DNA of 63,911 nucleotides, the filler included, from Octopus bimaculoides (taxonomy: Eukaryota): assembly GCF_001194135.2 (NCBI RefSeq). It is 6 parts of 6 records of this genome, joined end to end, with 100 filler letters (N's around TTAATTAATTAA, not from the genome) between each part and the next. Parts side by side here need not be neighbours in the genome. Positions count along the whole stretch, not along the records: positions 1 to 21,164 come from NC_068982.1; positions 21,265 to 31,741 come from NC_069006.1; 4 more parts are not named here. One strand, given 5' to 3'. Positions 13,769 to 27,367 of the stretch are shown here, piece after piece. The translations under genes and the position numbers were made by a program. The notes beneath the pieces were generated by a model, which made no database searches, was not told the DNA's origin, and saw only the letters and a program-made list of their open reading frames with translations. Within the stretch, counting starts at the first letter, position 1. Each line of letters starts with the position of its first letter.

Positions 13769-14674
13769 AGGTGTATCTTGTCATGAATTGCTCGAAATAC
13801 GGATTAGAAAAACAGCCGACAACTAATGAGAGATCGTTCTTTGTGGTGTTTGTCTTGTTTTCCATTTGTTTCTTTCTTTTTAATCGCCTTATTTTGGAAT
13901 TGTTTGGATAATACCATACTTAACTCTGGTGCCTAANNNNNNNNNNNNNNNNNNNNNNNNNNNNNNNNNNNNNNNNNNNNNNNNNNNNNNNNNNNNNNNN
14001 NNNNNNNNNNNNNNNNNNNNNNNNNNNNNNNNNNNNNNNNNNNNNNNNNNNNNNNNNNNNNNNNNNNNNNNNNNNNNNNNNNNNNNNNNNNNNNNNNNNN
14101 NNNNNNNNNNNNNNNNNNNNNNNNNNNNNNNNNNNNNNNNNNNNNNNNNNNNNNNNNNNNNNNNNNNNNNNNNNNNNNNNNNNNNNNNNNNNNNNNNNNN
14201 NNNNNNNNNNNNNNNNNNNNNNNNNNNNNNNNNNNNNNNNNNNNNNNNNNNNNNNNNNNNNNNNNNNNNNNNNNNNNNNNNNNNNNNNNNNNNNNNNNNN
14301 NNNNNNNNNNNNNNNNNNNNNNNNNNNNNNNNNNNNNNNNNNNNNNNNNNNNNNNNNNNNNNNNNNNNNNNNNNNNNNNNNNNNNNNNNNNNNNNNNNNN
14401 NNNNNNNNNNNNNNNNNNNNNNNNNNNNNNNNNNNNNNNNNNNNNNNNNNNNNNNNNNNNNNNNNNNNNNNNNNNNNNNNNNNNNNNNNNNNNNNNNNNN
14501 NNNNNNNNNNNNNNNNNNNNNNNNNNNNNNNNNNNNNNNNNNNNNNNNNNNNNNNNNNNNNNNNNNNNNNNNNNNNNNNNNNNNNNNNNNNNNATATATA
14601 TATACTTATTTATTTATTTATTTATTTATAAAAGTATGCTTGAACAGGTAAAGCAAATCCCATGATGACATAAG

Positions 14675-15277
14675 CTAGTTTATTAAGTCCTGGAAAACGC
14701 TAGGTAAAGCCATGAAGATATGTCCCCAGACACTCATTTCGGGTATCGACACATAGTGAACCACGGCAACAAACATGGAAAACCAGCAGAACCTAATGAG
14801 CAACATGTAAACGGCAATCACATAATGGGCCACAACAGAAAGAGCGCACCCTAAAACTGTTAGAACTACCAGAGAGATACCCAGTAGCACTTTGAAACTC
14901 GTCAGAAGAAAAGTAGCGGACGTGATGACAGTTCGTTTTCCAACACGGATCATTTCTACAAGGAATCCGACGGTAATTACAAACCCCATTACAATAAGCT
15001 TGAGTAGCACCGTTGTTGACTGGACTGGTGAAGTTATGGCTTTAAATACAGTTCTGGAGGTTTGTAGAGCAAATTCGACTGGCTTTTGTATTCCTTTTAC
15101 GACGCTCGCAAACAAACGGACTAAGATTAGAAAAATAGTTGATAAAATGCGGACAGATATTAATAGTAGTCCAACTATTATAAGTAAAAGTAGTAAGAAT
15201 GTCTGTAAAATTATGGTGGCTGTTGTTTTCAGTCGACTGAAAGCCGTTCCAGGTGATTTACTGTTTTCAACATCCAT
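14675..15277 (-). CDS. Hypothetical multi-pass/hairpin membrane protein, 200 aa from the likely start (ORF open from 15346, 223 aa)
   Basis: Only long stop-free, non-repetitive, N-free ORF outside transposons. Three long hydrophobic blocks and very few acidic residues. ATG at 15277 lies in good context (ataATGG) just after a pyrimidine tract and AG. No family recognised. Confidence 0.6.
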   Translation of the reverse strand: MDVENSKSPGTAFSRLKTTATIILQTFLLLLLIIVGLLLISVRILSTIFLILVRLFASVVKGIQKPVEFALQTSRTVFKAITSPVQSTTVLLKLIVMGFVITVGFLVEMIRVGKRTVITSATFLLTSFKVLLGISLVVLTVLGCALSVVAHYVIAVYMLLIRFCWFSMFVAVVHYVSIPEMSVWGHIFMALPSVFQDLIN

Positions 15278-15786
15278 TATTACTTTTCTGCTTTTGCAAG
15301 AGATAAAAATAGAAACTGTGATAGGTATAAGTCTTGCATTTATCACGTTTGTGATTATATGGCTATGTGTTTACGTCTGTTTACATGATTCAATACATAT
15401 CTAAATCTGTATTGAGTTGAGTTTTTGTAAATATACATGTATGTGCGTGAATGTATATGTGTATGTGTGCGTGTCTACCAGTGTATTTGTGTGCATATTT
15501 AACATGTGAGTGTGTTTATCTGTGTAGTTTTCTTTCATGTGTGTTTGCAAGTGTATTTTTTCTTGTGTGTATGTGTGCGTATTTATGAGTATGTGTATGA
15601 ATTCATGCGTGTGTAGATTCGTATAATTTCGTTTATAAATTGTATAATGCCCACACGTGTTTACTTATACGAATCTTTGTATATGTACGCAAGCGTGGAT
15701 TTGTTTATGAGCATCTACAAACTGGGTCGTGTTTATATATTCAGCCATCATAGCTATATGCTTGCACTGTAAACATAACTACTCAA

Positions 15787-15798
15787 CAAAATGGCCGC
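15787..15798. promoter_or_regulatory. YY1-like motif CAAAATGGCCGC
   Basis: Motif match about 500 bp upstream of the 15277 ATG. May mark a local promoter. Confidence 0.2.
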
Positions 15799-16278
15799 TT
15801 AGATAATATACTTTTACTTTATTTAAACTCCATATGTCTCGTATCCGTAGATAGATAGTTTCACAGCAGTTTATACATATATAACTTTTTATTTCTTTTC
15901 TGCGTTCAAGTTAGCTGATACTGAAAGACGCACGAAATATTCCGTCTGAAAAAGAAATTAAGAATGAAATTTAATTTATAATGTAATCTAATCCAAAGTT
16001 TCAATCTCATAAATATTTATCGTAACTACAAAACGGTAGGGGGCAGATGACAAAAGAGAATACATTGCTTAAGCTTCAAATCCCGCCAGAATCGACTTTA
16101 CTTTTTATCTCGTCGGAGACAATAAAATAACTATCAGCTCATTATAGGGCTCTATGAAATCGATTGTGATCTGCAGAATATGAGGCCATGACTTAATGTC
16201 AGAAATCAATATCTTCATATTACAAAACGTTAACGAAATGCGGAAACGCTTTTGTAAGTACTGAACAAATGCATTGCC

Positions 16279-16316
<38 letters not shown>

Positions 16317-16371
16317 GTATGTATATATATATATAAATCCTGATAGAATTTAAACAAAGATGCAAAGTTAA

Positions 16372-16402
<31 letters not shown>

Positions 16403-16851
16403 TACTTAACTTTGCTACTTAGATTTTCTTGCTTGGTGCTAAGTCAGCCCTGATCCAGCAGATATTTGATCAAAAGCATTCCAATTGTGACCATCTCAGC
16501 AGTTTCCCTTTGTGCAAGAAACTCATGCCCATGTTATCCTGTGTGTACATACAGCGTGATATCATTTAAAGAAGACTTAGCTGGTTTTGCTAGCAAGGTG
16601 AACAACCCTATAGAGACCTTCTTGTTAGCTGGAATCTTTCTTTGATTAAATCGACTGCAGCTCTACACCAAATTTAATTCTCTTGATGTAGGTTTATAAA
16701 TCAATAATGACATAAACATCTGTGACACTGTGGTAGAACAAGATTTAAATCATCAAATAACCCAAGACGGCGCACCCTAGTTTCAATCCATACTTGATAG
16801 AGACTGTAAATAAAGGCGGAGAGAACAGACTCAATGCTTAAGATCTCAAAG

Positions 16852-17036
16852 CAGTGCTCCACAACCGGTATACCGCAGCACACTGGTGTGCCACGAGACG
16901 ATGTTAGGTGTGCCACAGTGTAACCTGAATATAATTTTCTCGCTATACTTCTAGTTATGTTTTTAGTTCAGGTGTGCCACCGAATTTTGAAAAACATATG
17001 TGTGCCGCAAGTGCAAAAAAAGGCTGCAGAGCACTG
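16852..17036. mobile_element. hAT/Charlie-type MITE
   Basis: Termini cagtgctccacaacc / ggctgcagagcactg, repeated internal gtgtgcc(g/a)c motifs, degenerate 8-bp TSD tctcaaag / ttctaaag. Confidence 0.7.
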
Positions 17037-17235
17037 TTCTAAAGATATTAACTTTTGTTGTCGCTATTTTTGTTTTTGTTTTTTACAGGCTTGGATTAGA
17101 GAAAGGAGTAGTGCCTATGGTTTCGTAGATCTTCCGAGACTAGCGAAACTGGTGCTGCTAATGAACTGATAAAGCTGGTGCAAATCGACACTTACAAGAA
17201 AAACATGAGTTAGGAAAAATTCCAGAGGAATTCCA

Positions 17236-17722
<487 letters not shown>

Positions 17723-18035
17723 GGTACTGGGGAGAAAAAAATGGACATAATGGTTAGTGCGGGATCAGAAGGTTAGACTGATATAGATAATGATAGGAGT
17801 TAGGAAAAGAAACAGCTAAGTCGGGATTAATTGTGTGGATGTGTTATGAGATGATACAGATTCAACGAGTAAAGGTCGTTACAGAAGTGGTAGAAAGAGT
17901 AGTGAGATGAGACACAACAAATCTGTGGGCAAGAGGTCTGTTAGTGACTTTATGTCAATAAATTAAATGATCTTTCACATGGTGTGACCTAGAATGCTTG
18001 TATGTGTGACAGCAACAACGTTTCGGATAAAGAGC

Positions 18036-18354
18036 CCCTTCGGTCATGACTGAGCATGGGATTGCACCTAGAAAATTACCCTCCGAGGCAGAAGTCCGGA
18101 AAAAGTTGTTTATGGAAGACCAGCAGTGGCTCATGCATACCAGCCTCCCCACTCCACGCCGCCGATGTCCTCCAAAGGAAAGGCAAAGGCCGATACAGCC
18201 TGGCACCAGTGACGTCGCAACTCATTTCTACGGCTGAGTGAACTGAAGCAACCTGAAATAAAGTGTTTTTCTGAAGGACACAACACACAACCCGGTCCGG
18301 GAATCAAACTCACAACCTCATGATTGTGAGCCCGATGCTCTAACCACTGAGGCA
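18036..18354 (-). mobile_element. SINE with family B head and a different tail (T2)
   Basis: Head and body as at 4085; tail ...gcctttccttt...ctaggtgcaatcccatg...catgaccgaagggg. Confidence 0.85.
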
Positions 18355-19274
18355 AGACAGCATATTTGAGGCGATACTGTTGTTACACTCCATTGTGGGT
18401 TTCACCTTAGCTTCGTATTGTATTATTTATTATTGATTTGCTCAGCATTGAATCATTAGTTTTAGGGTGTGGTCCTAGCTACGCTAAGGACGTACTCTCG
18501 CTATATGAACTCCTCGGGGATTGAGATGACTAACCAATGTAACGGAAATGAAATTGCTACAATTCTATTTGAGAAAAAGCTTGTTTAAATGATTGCAATA
18601 ATTCACTGGTCCCGAAATGCTTGCGAGGATCATAACAATGCATACAACATTTAATCAATTATTAACAATTGACATAGTTGTGTCTGTGAATTTATGTGTA
18701 TATGTGCAGTTTTGCACCAGACTGAATCTTCCGAATAAACCAATGTTGACATGTACAAACTGACTTGGGTTATTCAGATCGTATCTAGATAGAAGCCATA
18801 TATAAAATAGCACAAGTCGCCCATAATTGAAAATCCTTGGCTACATAGACCACAAATTTGAGATCTGTACAGTCGACATCGACTTCATAGGCAGAAACTC
18901 GGTTACTGGAAGCTAAAGGCGCCGCTTCCAGTGCGGCGAGCTTGCAGAGATTAGGTTAGCGAATTATTTAAGCAGACGTTTTCTTACTGGGGAATTTTGC
19001 TATAACAATGTTAATATTATTTTACATCAGGCCTTCAGGCAACTGAAGGATACTCAAACTATATATAAACGTTGCATGAGAGTGCAGGGCCTCATGCACC
19101 ACCTAGTCCAGATGGTTTCTCGAGTCCGAGAAAGCTGGTTCTGCTATTTCTTGTTTCAACAACCAGCACAGATGATTTGTTTATAGTGATCAAATGTTCG
19201 TGCTGTACTTTACTTCACACTCTCTCCATCAAATCGTCGTTACCTGAACAGGTGTACGGTGTATCACACAACAG

Positions 19275-19487
19275 ATGCCGACGTGATCACAGGGCAACGT
19301 GAGCTGAAGTGCTTTGCTCAAGAACACAACACACCACCTACTCCGAGGATCGAAACTGTATCTCATTTGCAGTTATATTTCTTTAGAGTAAATCATACTT
19401 CATGGTCACTGCCTAGGCCGGGAATCGAACACATAATCTCGCGATCGTGAGTGTAACTCCTTAACCACCTAGGCCATGCACCTTCAC
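19275..19487 (-). mobile_element. SINE family B remnants (two partial heads)
   Basis: gccatgcaccttcac end and ttgctcaagaacacaac body. Confidence 0.7.
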
Positions 19488-19939
19488 TGGCACTATTGCA
19501 TAACATCACTAATGTCGTCTGCAACGTTGAAAGACAGGTAACGGTTTGAGCAGTTTAGTTTTCGTTCATCATCAGCTGCCCTATTAGCGCTCTGACAATA
19601 TATATTCCTCATTTAGATTCAGAGTGAAAAAAACATTCATTCATTCGTACGTATATGCGAACAGTTTTTCTTTCTTTGTTTAGATTTAGCCTTTTGATGT
19701 GATTGCGACCGAATTTAAGACTGGACCAGGAAATCATTTCCTCGTTAGTCTGACACTCAAAATAGCGACTTTCGATTAATTCGTTCAGAGCATTTCTAAG
19801 GAATCTTACTTCTGTAAGGTTATTTGTATAATCCTGCCGACGTATGATTCCAAACGAAGCTAATTTGTATAAGCTCTCAGCAACAAAAGATAGGACATAA
19901 GTGAATGCCCAGTCTTTGATGGAGAGATATCAGTCATCA

Positions 19940-19984
<45 letters not shown>

Positions 19985-20724
19985 GCGCAAACATATACGT
20001 ATATATACACGTATATTGCATAAATTTGGCACTGATTGCTAAGTCAATATCGCTCTGAACTAATTATTGCATTCTAGGAATTGTTTCGTCCTTATTGGTT
20101 CCAAGTTCAAATTCGATACATTTATATTACATTCATTTGCCTCGAGATATACTACTATTACTACTACTACTAATAATAATAATAATGCTTCATCGGCACA
20201 AGGCCAGTAATTTAGAAGGAAAGAATAATTGATTGGCATTGTTTTTTAATCGGTACCAAAAGGACGAAAAGTAAAGCAGAATTGGAACATAAAGAGCCAG
20301 AAATTTTTTTTTGCAACAATCTTTACCAATCTGTCACCATTAAACATTCACAACTTTTACGTATCTAGAGGATCCTTCACTCTGGCGGCAAATGAAATGT
20401 TAATGTATATTTAGAATATTTGTATATTTAAATAATAATAATAACAATAATAATGATAATAATAGTAATAATAATAATAATAATAATAAATATAATGCGT
20501 CCAATGGATTAAAGATTCTATTTATTTATGCAGCTGAGGATAGCCATGCATTTAAATTGATGTAATGGTTGCATTGTCCAATTAAATGGTGTCGCTTGAA
20601 ACGGTCGTACTGCATCATCTCTTGATCTCCTGTTGCTTATTTTGATTTTATTCACCTTATTTTGAGTTGTACGGATAATACCGCATTACCCTAATTCAAC
20701 TGAATCTCAATTATATATATATAT

Positions 20725-20960
20725 ATACTAGCAGAGGCACCTGGCGTTGCTCGGGAATGAAATTGCTGCTTATATACTTGAAGAAAAAAAGGCAAAATAT
20801 GCTGTATAGAAATTTGAGGACATTCTGTAGATGGACTCTCAGATGAATGATGGCTGGGCGCCTCTCATGAATGGGGAAAAATTGAAGATGTGCCAAAAAG
20901 CCTCATTGGTACTTGGAAACTTTTACGAAAATTAAAATGGGGATTAAATGAAAAAAATGA
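20725..20960 (+). mobile_element. Possible non-autonomous Helitron/Helentron-type element 5' end
   Basis: Begins TACTAGcag..cctggcgttgctcggg directly after (TA)n, a start typical of such elements. 3' end not located. Confidence 0.35.
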
Positions 20961-21208
20961 TTTACGTGAATATCCTCACGAGAGTAATTGAAATAAATGG
21001 CGATTGTGGAACCCCCCATGCACGCGCGCACGCGCATACACACGTGTGTCTTTGTAAATATGTTTGTATACATTTATGTATGTGTGTGTTTGTAAGAGAC
21101 AGAGTGTGAGTGAGAGAGAGAGGTTTGTTGTCATGTATACGTACATGCATAAATATACATACATNNNNNNNNNNNNNNNNNNNNNNNNNNNNNNNNNNNN
21201 NNNNNNNN

Positions 21209-21220
21209 TTAATTAATTAA
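21209..21220. other. Artificial scaffold linker TTAATTAATTAA inside a 100-bp gap (also at 31786, 37936, 56446 and 61915)
   Basis: Identical 12-mer flanked by about 44 N on each side five times; it places stops in all six frames. Confidence 0.9.
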
Positions 21221-21264
21221 NNNNNNNNNNNNNNNNNNNNNNNNNNNNNNNNNNNNNNNNNNNN

Positions 21265-21485
21265 CTTTCACCACAACTTTCTCTCACTTCCTGTTTCTGT
21301 TGTGCCTGTAATTCAAAGGGCCAGCCTTGTCACACTGTGTCACACTGAATATCCTCGAGAACTACGTTAAGGGTACACGTGTCTGTGGAGTGCTCAGCCA
21401 CTTGCACGTTAATTTCACGAGCAGGCTGTTCCGTTGATCGGATCAACTGGAACCCTCGACGTCGTAAGCCACGGAGTGCCAACAA
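21265..21485 (+). mobile_element. SINE 3' part (B2/T1 type)
   Basis: Nearly identical to 59905-60128. Confidence 0.85.
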
Positions 21486-21769
21486 CCCCTAGAGCTTTAC
21501 AGATTGGGTCTCCTTAGAGATGATGACAATAATGATGATGATAGTTGTGGTGATGGCGGTAAATGGTTGGCCTCATATTGCTCGTCGGTTAGTAATGGTG
21601 GTGGGCAGCTAATTCGGCAGTGGTGGTCATGGTAGTAATATTACGAAATGCTCGCCATATTGAATATACTCATGCTGATAGTGATGGTGTTGCTGTTGTA
21701 TTGCTCTGCAGTGATTGGTGGGCCAGGAACGACCAGGGAAATTTGACATATCAGTAAGTTAGTCGCATA

Positions 21770-22060
21770 GTTTGGTTGGATGGATGGTTAGGTGGTTGGT
21801 CAGAGGATTGATGGATTTGACGGTTGGTCAGTTGAATGACCAGTTGTTCGATTGGTCACTTGGCTGGCTGGTCGGTCAGTTAGTTGGTTGAATGGTTCGT
21901 TGGTTAGTTGGTGGGCTGGTGGATGTGATGGTTGGTCGGTCGACGGGTAGATTTGATAGCTGGTCGGTTGAACAGCCAGTTCGCTGGTTGGATAGCTGGT
22001 TGGTAGGTTGGATGGCTTGACCCGTTGGCTAACTGGCTGGCTAGCTGGATGGTAAGGTGG
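21770..22060. repeat. Degenerate (GGTT/GGCT/GGAT)n tetranucleotide tract
   Basis: Direct reading of the sequence. Confidence 0.8.
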
Positions 22061-22569
22061 TTGGGCGTTCCGAGTGCTGTATGTAAAGCAGACTGCAGAA
22101 ACTTTAACTGATAAATCAATGATGATAAGGGATTTGTCACGGTTAATCCCATAACTTAACTAAGGAAACCAACCAACAATCCTCTCCCTACACAACACAC
22201 GCAACTGAGTCCCTTGTTTCCCTCTGACATACCACCAAATGCAGCGGAGGAAGCCAAGGGAGGTGGAGGAGTGGGTGGTGACCGAAGAGATGAACGAACG
22301 AAGGAACGAAGAAGCGATTTTCCCCAAAAGCAGAAGAGAGAGACGATGAAGATGGCGAGAGAGTGAAGGTAAGAGGAGCAGAATGGAAGGAGTGGTTTTT
22401 GTATGTTGGTTGTGACGAGAATAAAGGAAAGGAGAATGAGTGGGATGAAGGGGGAGGAGAAGGAGGAAAGAGAAAGAAGAAAGAGCAACGGGAAGAGGAA
22501 GGTGGAGAAAGAGGCGATCAATATCACAGAAATGACATGATACAAACACAGTGATATATCAAAAAAGCA

Positions 22570-22833
22570 GTGAGTATATATATATATATATACACGCACA
22601 TATGTATATACAGACATACACACACACACATATATATATACACATATATATATACACACATATACATATATATACACATATATATATACACACATATACA
22701 CATATATATATACATACATGCACATATATACACACACGTATATATATATATATACACACACATATATATATACATATGCACACATATATATATACACACA
22801 CATATATATATACACATACACATATATTGATAC

Positions 22834-22866
<33 letters not shown>

Positions 22867-22902
22867 CATACATATACACATATCTATATATACACACACA
22901 TA
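22570..22902. repeat. Compound (AT)/(AC) microsatellite
   Basis: Direct reading. Representative of many similar tracts, e.g. 7163-7275, 30170-30375, 37020-37070, 44350-44450 and 47525-47690. Confidence 0.95.
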
Positions 22903-23807
22903 GCAAGAGATCGATATAACCAAAACAATAACAGCAACAGACATCAATGACAGCCCCCCCCCAAAAAAAACAGCATCAACAACAAAAAACTCCCCCCCCC
23001 ACACAAAGGAAAACAAAAAATGAAAACAAATAACATTGTTTGTAATAACAGCAAAAAACAAATTGATGTTTATCTCCCAGGGGGCAAAGTGTGGCGACTG
23101 TTTGATGTGACAGTCCACTCTCAAACAAACGCGATCGTATCACACGAAGTGAAAAAAGATATACCATTAATAATAACAGTAATGATGATGATAATGATGG
23201 TGATAGGGTGGTGAAAATGATAGTAACAATAATAATGATAATAATAATAATGATAACAATAATGCGTCCGCCTGTCATCATCTCATCATACGCAATGTAA
23301 AACCTTCCCTGAACCAATTTTGTGATTGCAATGACATTGATATTTCAATTTTGTTTTTGTTTTTTTCCTTCAACGGCGACATCTGTAGGGAGATAATAAG
23401 GGTAAATAGCAAAGACAGTGGGTGTTCTTGCAGAATCGATTATGAAAAATGCAGGTAATGGTAATGAAATATAAAAATAAATAAAGGCATGCAATGGGAC
23501 GTCCCAATAATGCAACAGCCACCTAGGATTAAACAAGGAGCCCTTTAAATTATGCTGCAGCTAAGCTCAAGTGCGACCAGCTTTTTTTTTTATATATTAA
23601 ATTCTGATATAATCCAAATTACGATGAACATAAACAAACAAACGAAGTTTGCTTTTAGAACAGTTGAGATGTCTTAGAAAGTCAAAGAAGTGATTTTAAA
23701 TTCTCAATCGCAGGATAATGCTAATAATATAGTCTGAACAGGATAAGCTACCCCTATTTTGCAGAAAAATCTAATATAATCGTAATTTAAATTCACTGAA
23801 AAACATT

Positions 23808-24180
23808 TCGCCCGAAGTGCTAACGATTCTACCAGCTCGCCGCCATAATAATAATAATAATAATAATAATAATGGTTTCAAATTTTGGTACAAGGCCAGG
23901 AAGTTCGAGGAGGGGGTTAAGTCGGTTACATGGACACCCAGCATTCAATTAGTACTTATTTTATCGATCCCTAATCAATGAAAGGTGAAGTCGACGAAAT
24001 TCACCATAATAATAATAATACAAATTTTTTTGCAGTGGGTCAAAAATTTTGAGTGTAGGAGGCGATTCGATATCATCGACTCCCCATCAGTGCTAGAACT
24101 TTTCATTTTTATCGACCCCAGAGGGATGAAAGAGAAAGTCGACCACTGCAGGATTTGAACTCAGAACGTAAAGAGGCGTA
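23808..24180 (-). mobile_element. Two adjacent SINE family C copies
   Basis: Reverse-complement matches separated by (AAT)n. Confidence 0.75.
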
Positions 24181-24581
24181 ACTAATAAAACAAGGCAATT
24201 TGTGTCCACCAGTCTATGAATCTATCGTTAGATGTGGTGTTGTTTGTTTAGTGAGGTAATCTAATAATAAATAAATACAGTGATATCTGATGTGATATTT
24301 TGAGAAGATCCAACAGAATTAATATTAGATATCACATGTAATATTATAGGGGACAGAGAGATATCTGTCGATGGATCTGGTCAGGTGGGGCATGGCGATA
24401 TTATAGACGAGTAATGGTGCAGGACGAGAGAGCGAAGAGAGAAGGGAACAAGGAGTTGAGAGAGAGGGGGAGAGATGGGGAGAGATGGAGAGGAAGAGAG
24501 AGGTAAGAGAGAGTTAGTGAGGTAGAGAGGGAGGGATAGGAGAAATAATTTAATTATCAGTTGTAGGAATAGTGATGTCAT

Positions 24582-24613
<32 letters not shown>

Positions 24614-24662
24614 ATGGAAAGAAAGGAAGAGACGAGAGAGAACCGGAGACAGATCGTGTCTA

Positions 24663-24696
<34 letters not shown>

Positions 24697-25269
24697 NNNN
24701 NNNNNNNNNNNNNNNNNNNNNNNNNNNNNNNNNNNNNNNNNNNNNNNNNNNNNNNNNNNNNNNNNNNNNNNNNNNNNNNNNNNNNNNNNNNNNNNNNNNN
24801 NNNNNNNNNNNNNNNNNNNNNNNNNNNNNNNNNNNNNNNNNNNNNNNNNNNNNNNNNNNNNNNNNNNNNNNNNNNNNNNNNNNNNNNNNNNNNNNNNNNN
24901 NNNNNNNNNNNNNNNNNNNNNNNNNNNNNNNNNNNNNNNNNNNNNNNNNNNNNNNNNNNNNNNNNNNNNNNNNNNNNNNNNNNNNNNNNNNNNNNNNNNN
25001 NNNNNNNNNNNNNNNNNNNNNNNNNNNNNNNNNNNNNNNNNNNNNNNNNNNNNNNNNNNNNNNNNNNNNNNNNNNNNNNNNNNNNNNNNNNNNNNNNNNN
25101 NNNNNNNNNNNNNNNNNNNNNNNNNNNNNNNNNNNNNNNNNNNNNNNNNNNNNNNNNNNNNNNNNNNNNNNNNNNNNNNNNNNNNNNNNNNNNNNNNNNG
25201 TGGGAGGGAGAGAGAGAGAGAGTGACAGACAGAAAGAGGGAGAAAAACTGAGGCATGATAATAATAATC

Positions 25270-25530
25270 CTTTCTGCTAAAGGCACAAACCCCGAAACTT
25301 TGTGGGGAAGGGGGTCAGTCGATCAAATCCACCCCAGTGTTTCACTGGTACTTAATTTATCGCACCCCGAAAGGATGAAAAGGAAAGTCGGCGGAATTTG
25401 AACCCAGAACGTAACGACGGGCGAAATACCGTTAAGCATTTCGACCAGCGTGCTAAAGATTCTACCAAGCTAAAGATTCTACCAAGCTAAAGATTCTACC
25501 AAGCTAAAGATTCTACCAAGCTCGCTACCT
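25270..25530 (-). mobile_element. SINE family C with an internal 17-bp tandem expansion
   Basis: gctaaagattctaccaa x4 at 25452-25519 inside the head. Confidence 0.85.
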
Positions 25531-25624
25531 TCAGTATTAAGAAATACTCTTTCCAATTCTAGGCACAATGCCCGAAATTTTGTTCCCGATCTATTGGCTC
25601 ATAAGGATCGTTTTTCAGATTTTG

Positions 25625-25820
25625 TAGCGTACATATATTAACCCTCATCCACTGGATGGGACGCAGGTCAGCCGCAGGGAAACTAATTTTTGCCAGCTGA
25701 GGAGATAAGGGAAAGGTCAAATGAAACGGTTTTGCTCAAGAACACAACGCATCACCCGACCCAGGAGTCGAAACTACAATGTTCATAAGCGCAATATCCT
25801 AACCACTAAGCTACTCGCCT
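25625..25820 (-). mobile_element. SINE family B-related, diverged
   Basis: ttgctcaagaacacaacgc...aaccactaagc head. Confidence 0.6.
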
Positions 25821-25852
25821 CTACATGCATATGTACGTACGTACACGTATAT

Positions 25853-25885
<33 letters not shown>

Positions 25886-26806
25886 TAGATACATACATAC
25901 ACACATATAAATCTGAAATTATCAGCATTTGTATTAATAAACTGACCAAGAATCACATTGTTTAAAATTCCACAAAAATGAGAAAAATTCTTAAACGCCG
26001 ATTCACTGAGAATATATATATATATATATATACATACATACACACACACACACAGACACAAACACACACACATATATATATATATATATATCTTGACATA
26101 CATATATAGTTACATACACATACACGCACAACAATAAATAATTATATGTATATATATATATTTATACATGCATACATATATTTATGCATGTATATACAAA
26201 CACATGCATATACACATACACCCATATCGCTCTATAGTAATTCGAGATTTTGGTCCGTACACGAGTTTCATATAACATACTTAAGACAGAGACAAACTGT
26301 CTGAATGTGAGATCATAAAAATACAGTTTGTCTCTCCATGGGACGAGCTGTGTGAAACCAGGGTATGGATTAAAATATCTTGTTGCCACATATAAAGTCG
26401 TGTTTATATACTCCACACACCTCCTTTTTTTTTCTAACACAAGTGTAGCGTCTTATGCTTTTCAGTAACACACAACTTCTGGTAGGTCTGCGTAGATGTG
26501 TGTGTGTGTGTGTGTGAATATATAGAGAGAAGAAATGTATTCCTACGTAAGAAAAAATATAGAATTTGTTTTGGAGTTTTAAAATGCGCACGCACACACA
26601 TACACACACACAAACATATATATATATATATTTGAATACACCATATAATTACCAATATATGCAGATACACATATCTTAAAAATGACAAATAGATATTCTA
26701 ACCCCCACACGCACAGTCTGTGTGTGTGTGTATGCATATGTGTAAGTACATCTCTATCTAGCTATCTATATGAATATGTACCGTATATGTATAATATAGC
26801 ATAGAC

Positions 26807-26849
<43 letters not shown>

Positions 26850-27324
26850 TAGTATGTATCTATATAAAAAAGATTTAAAAAACAAATTGGAAGTACATGG
26901 AAATGAGAAAAAAACTTAAGACAATATCGAAATTGAAAGTCTAAGTACAAGCTCTTACACACCACCACCACAACTGCTGTTTTACCTATCTTCTTTCTCC
27001 TGGCACTAATCGCCAATATCTCTCTTTCTCTCTCTCTCTCTNNNNNNNNNNNNNNNNNNNNNNNNNNNNNNNNNNNNNNNNNNNNNNNNNNNNNNNNNNN
27101 NNNNNNNNNNNNNNNNNNNNNNNNNNNNNNNNNNNNNNNNNNNNNNNNNNNNNNNNNNNNNNNNNNNNNNNNNNNNNNNNNNNNNNNNNNNNNNNNNNNN
27201 NNNNNNNNNNNNNNNNNNNNNNNNNNNNNNNNNNNNNNNNNNNNNNNNNNNNNNTATGTGTAAGTACATCTCTATCTAGCTATCTATATGAATATGTACC
27301 GTATATGTATAATATAGCATAGAC

Positions 27325-27367
<43 letters not shown>

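Noticed and set aside
14892-15404. 170-aa plus-strand ORF overlapping the membrane ORF
   Set aside because: Its first codon positions complement the second positions of the hydrophobic minus-strand codons (mostly T), which suppresses stops and yields T/I/K/R/S/N-rich text. It is an expected shadow ORF.
25452-25519. 17-bp repeat x4 as a CRISPR-like array
   Set aside because: No spacers; it is a slippage expansion inside a SINE-C head in a eukaryotic context.
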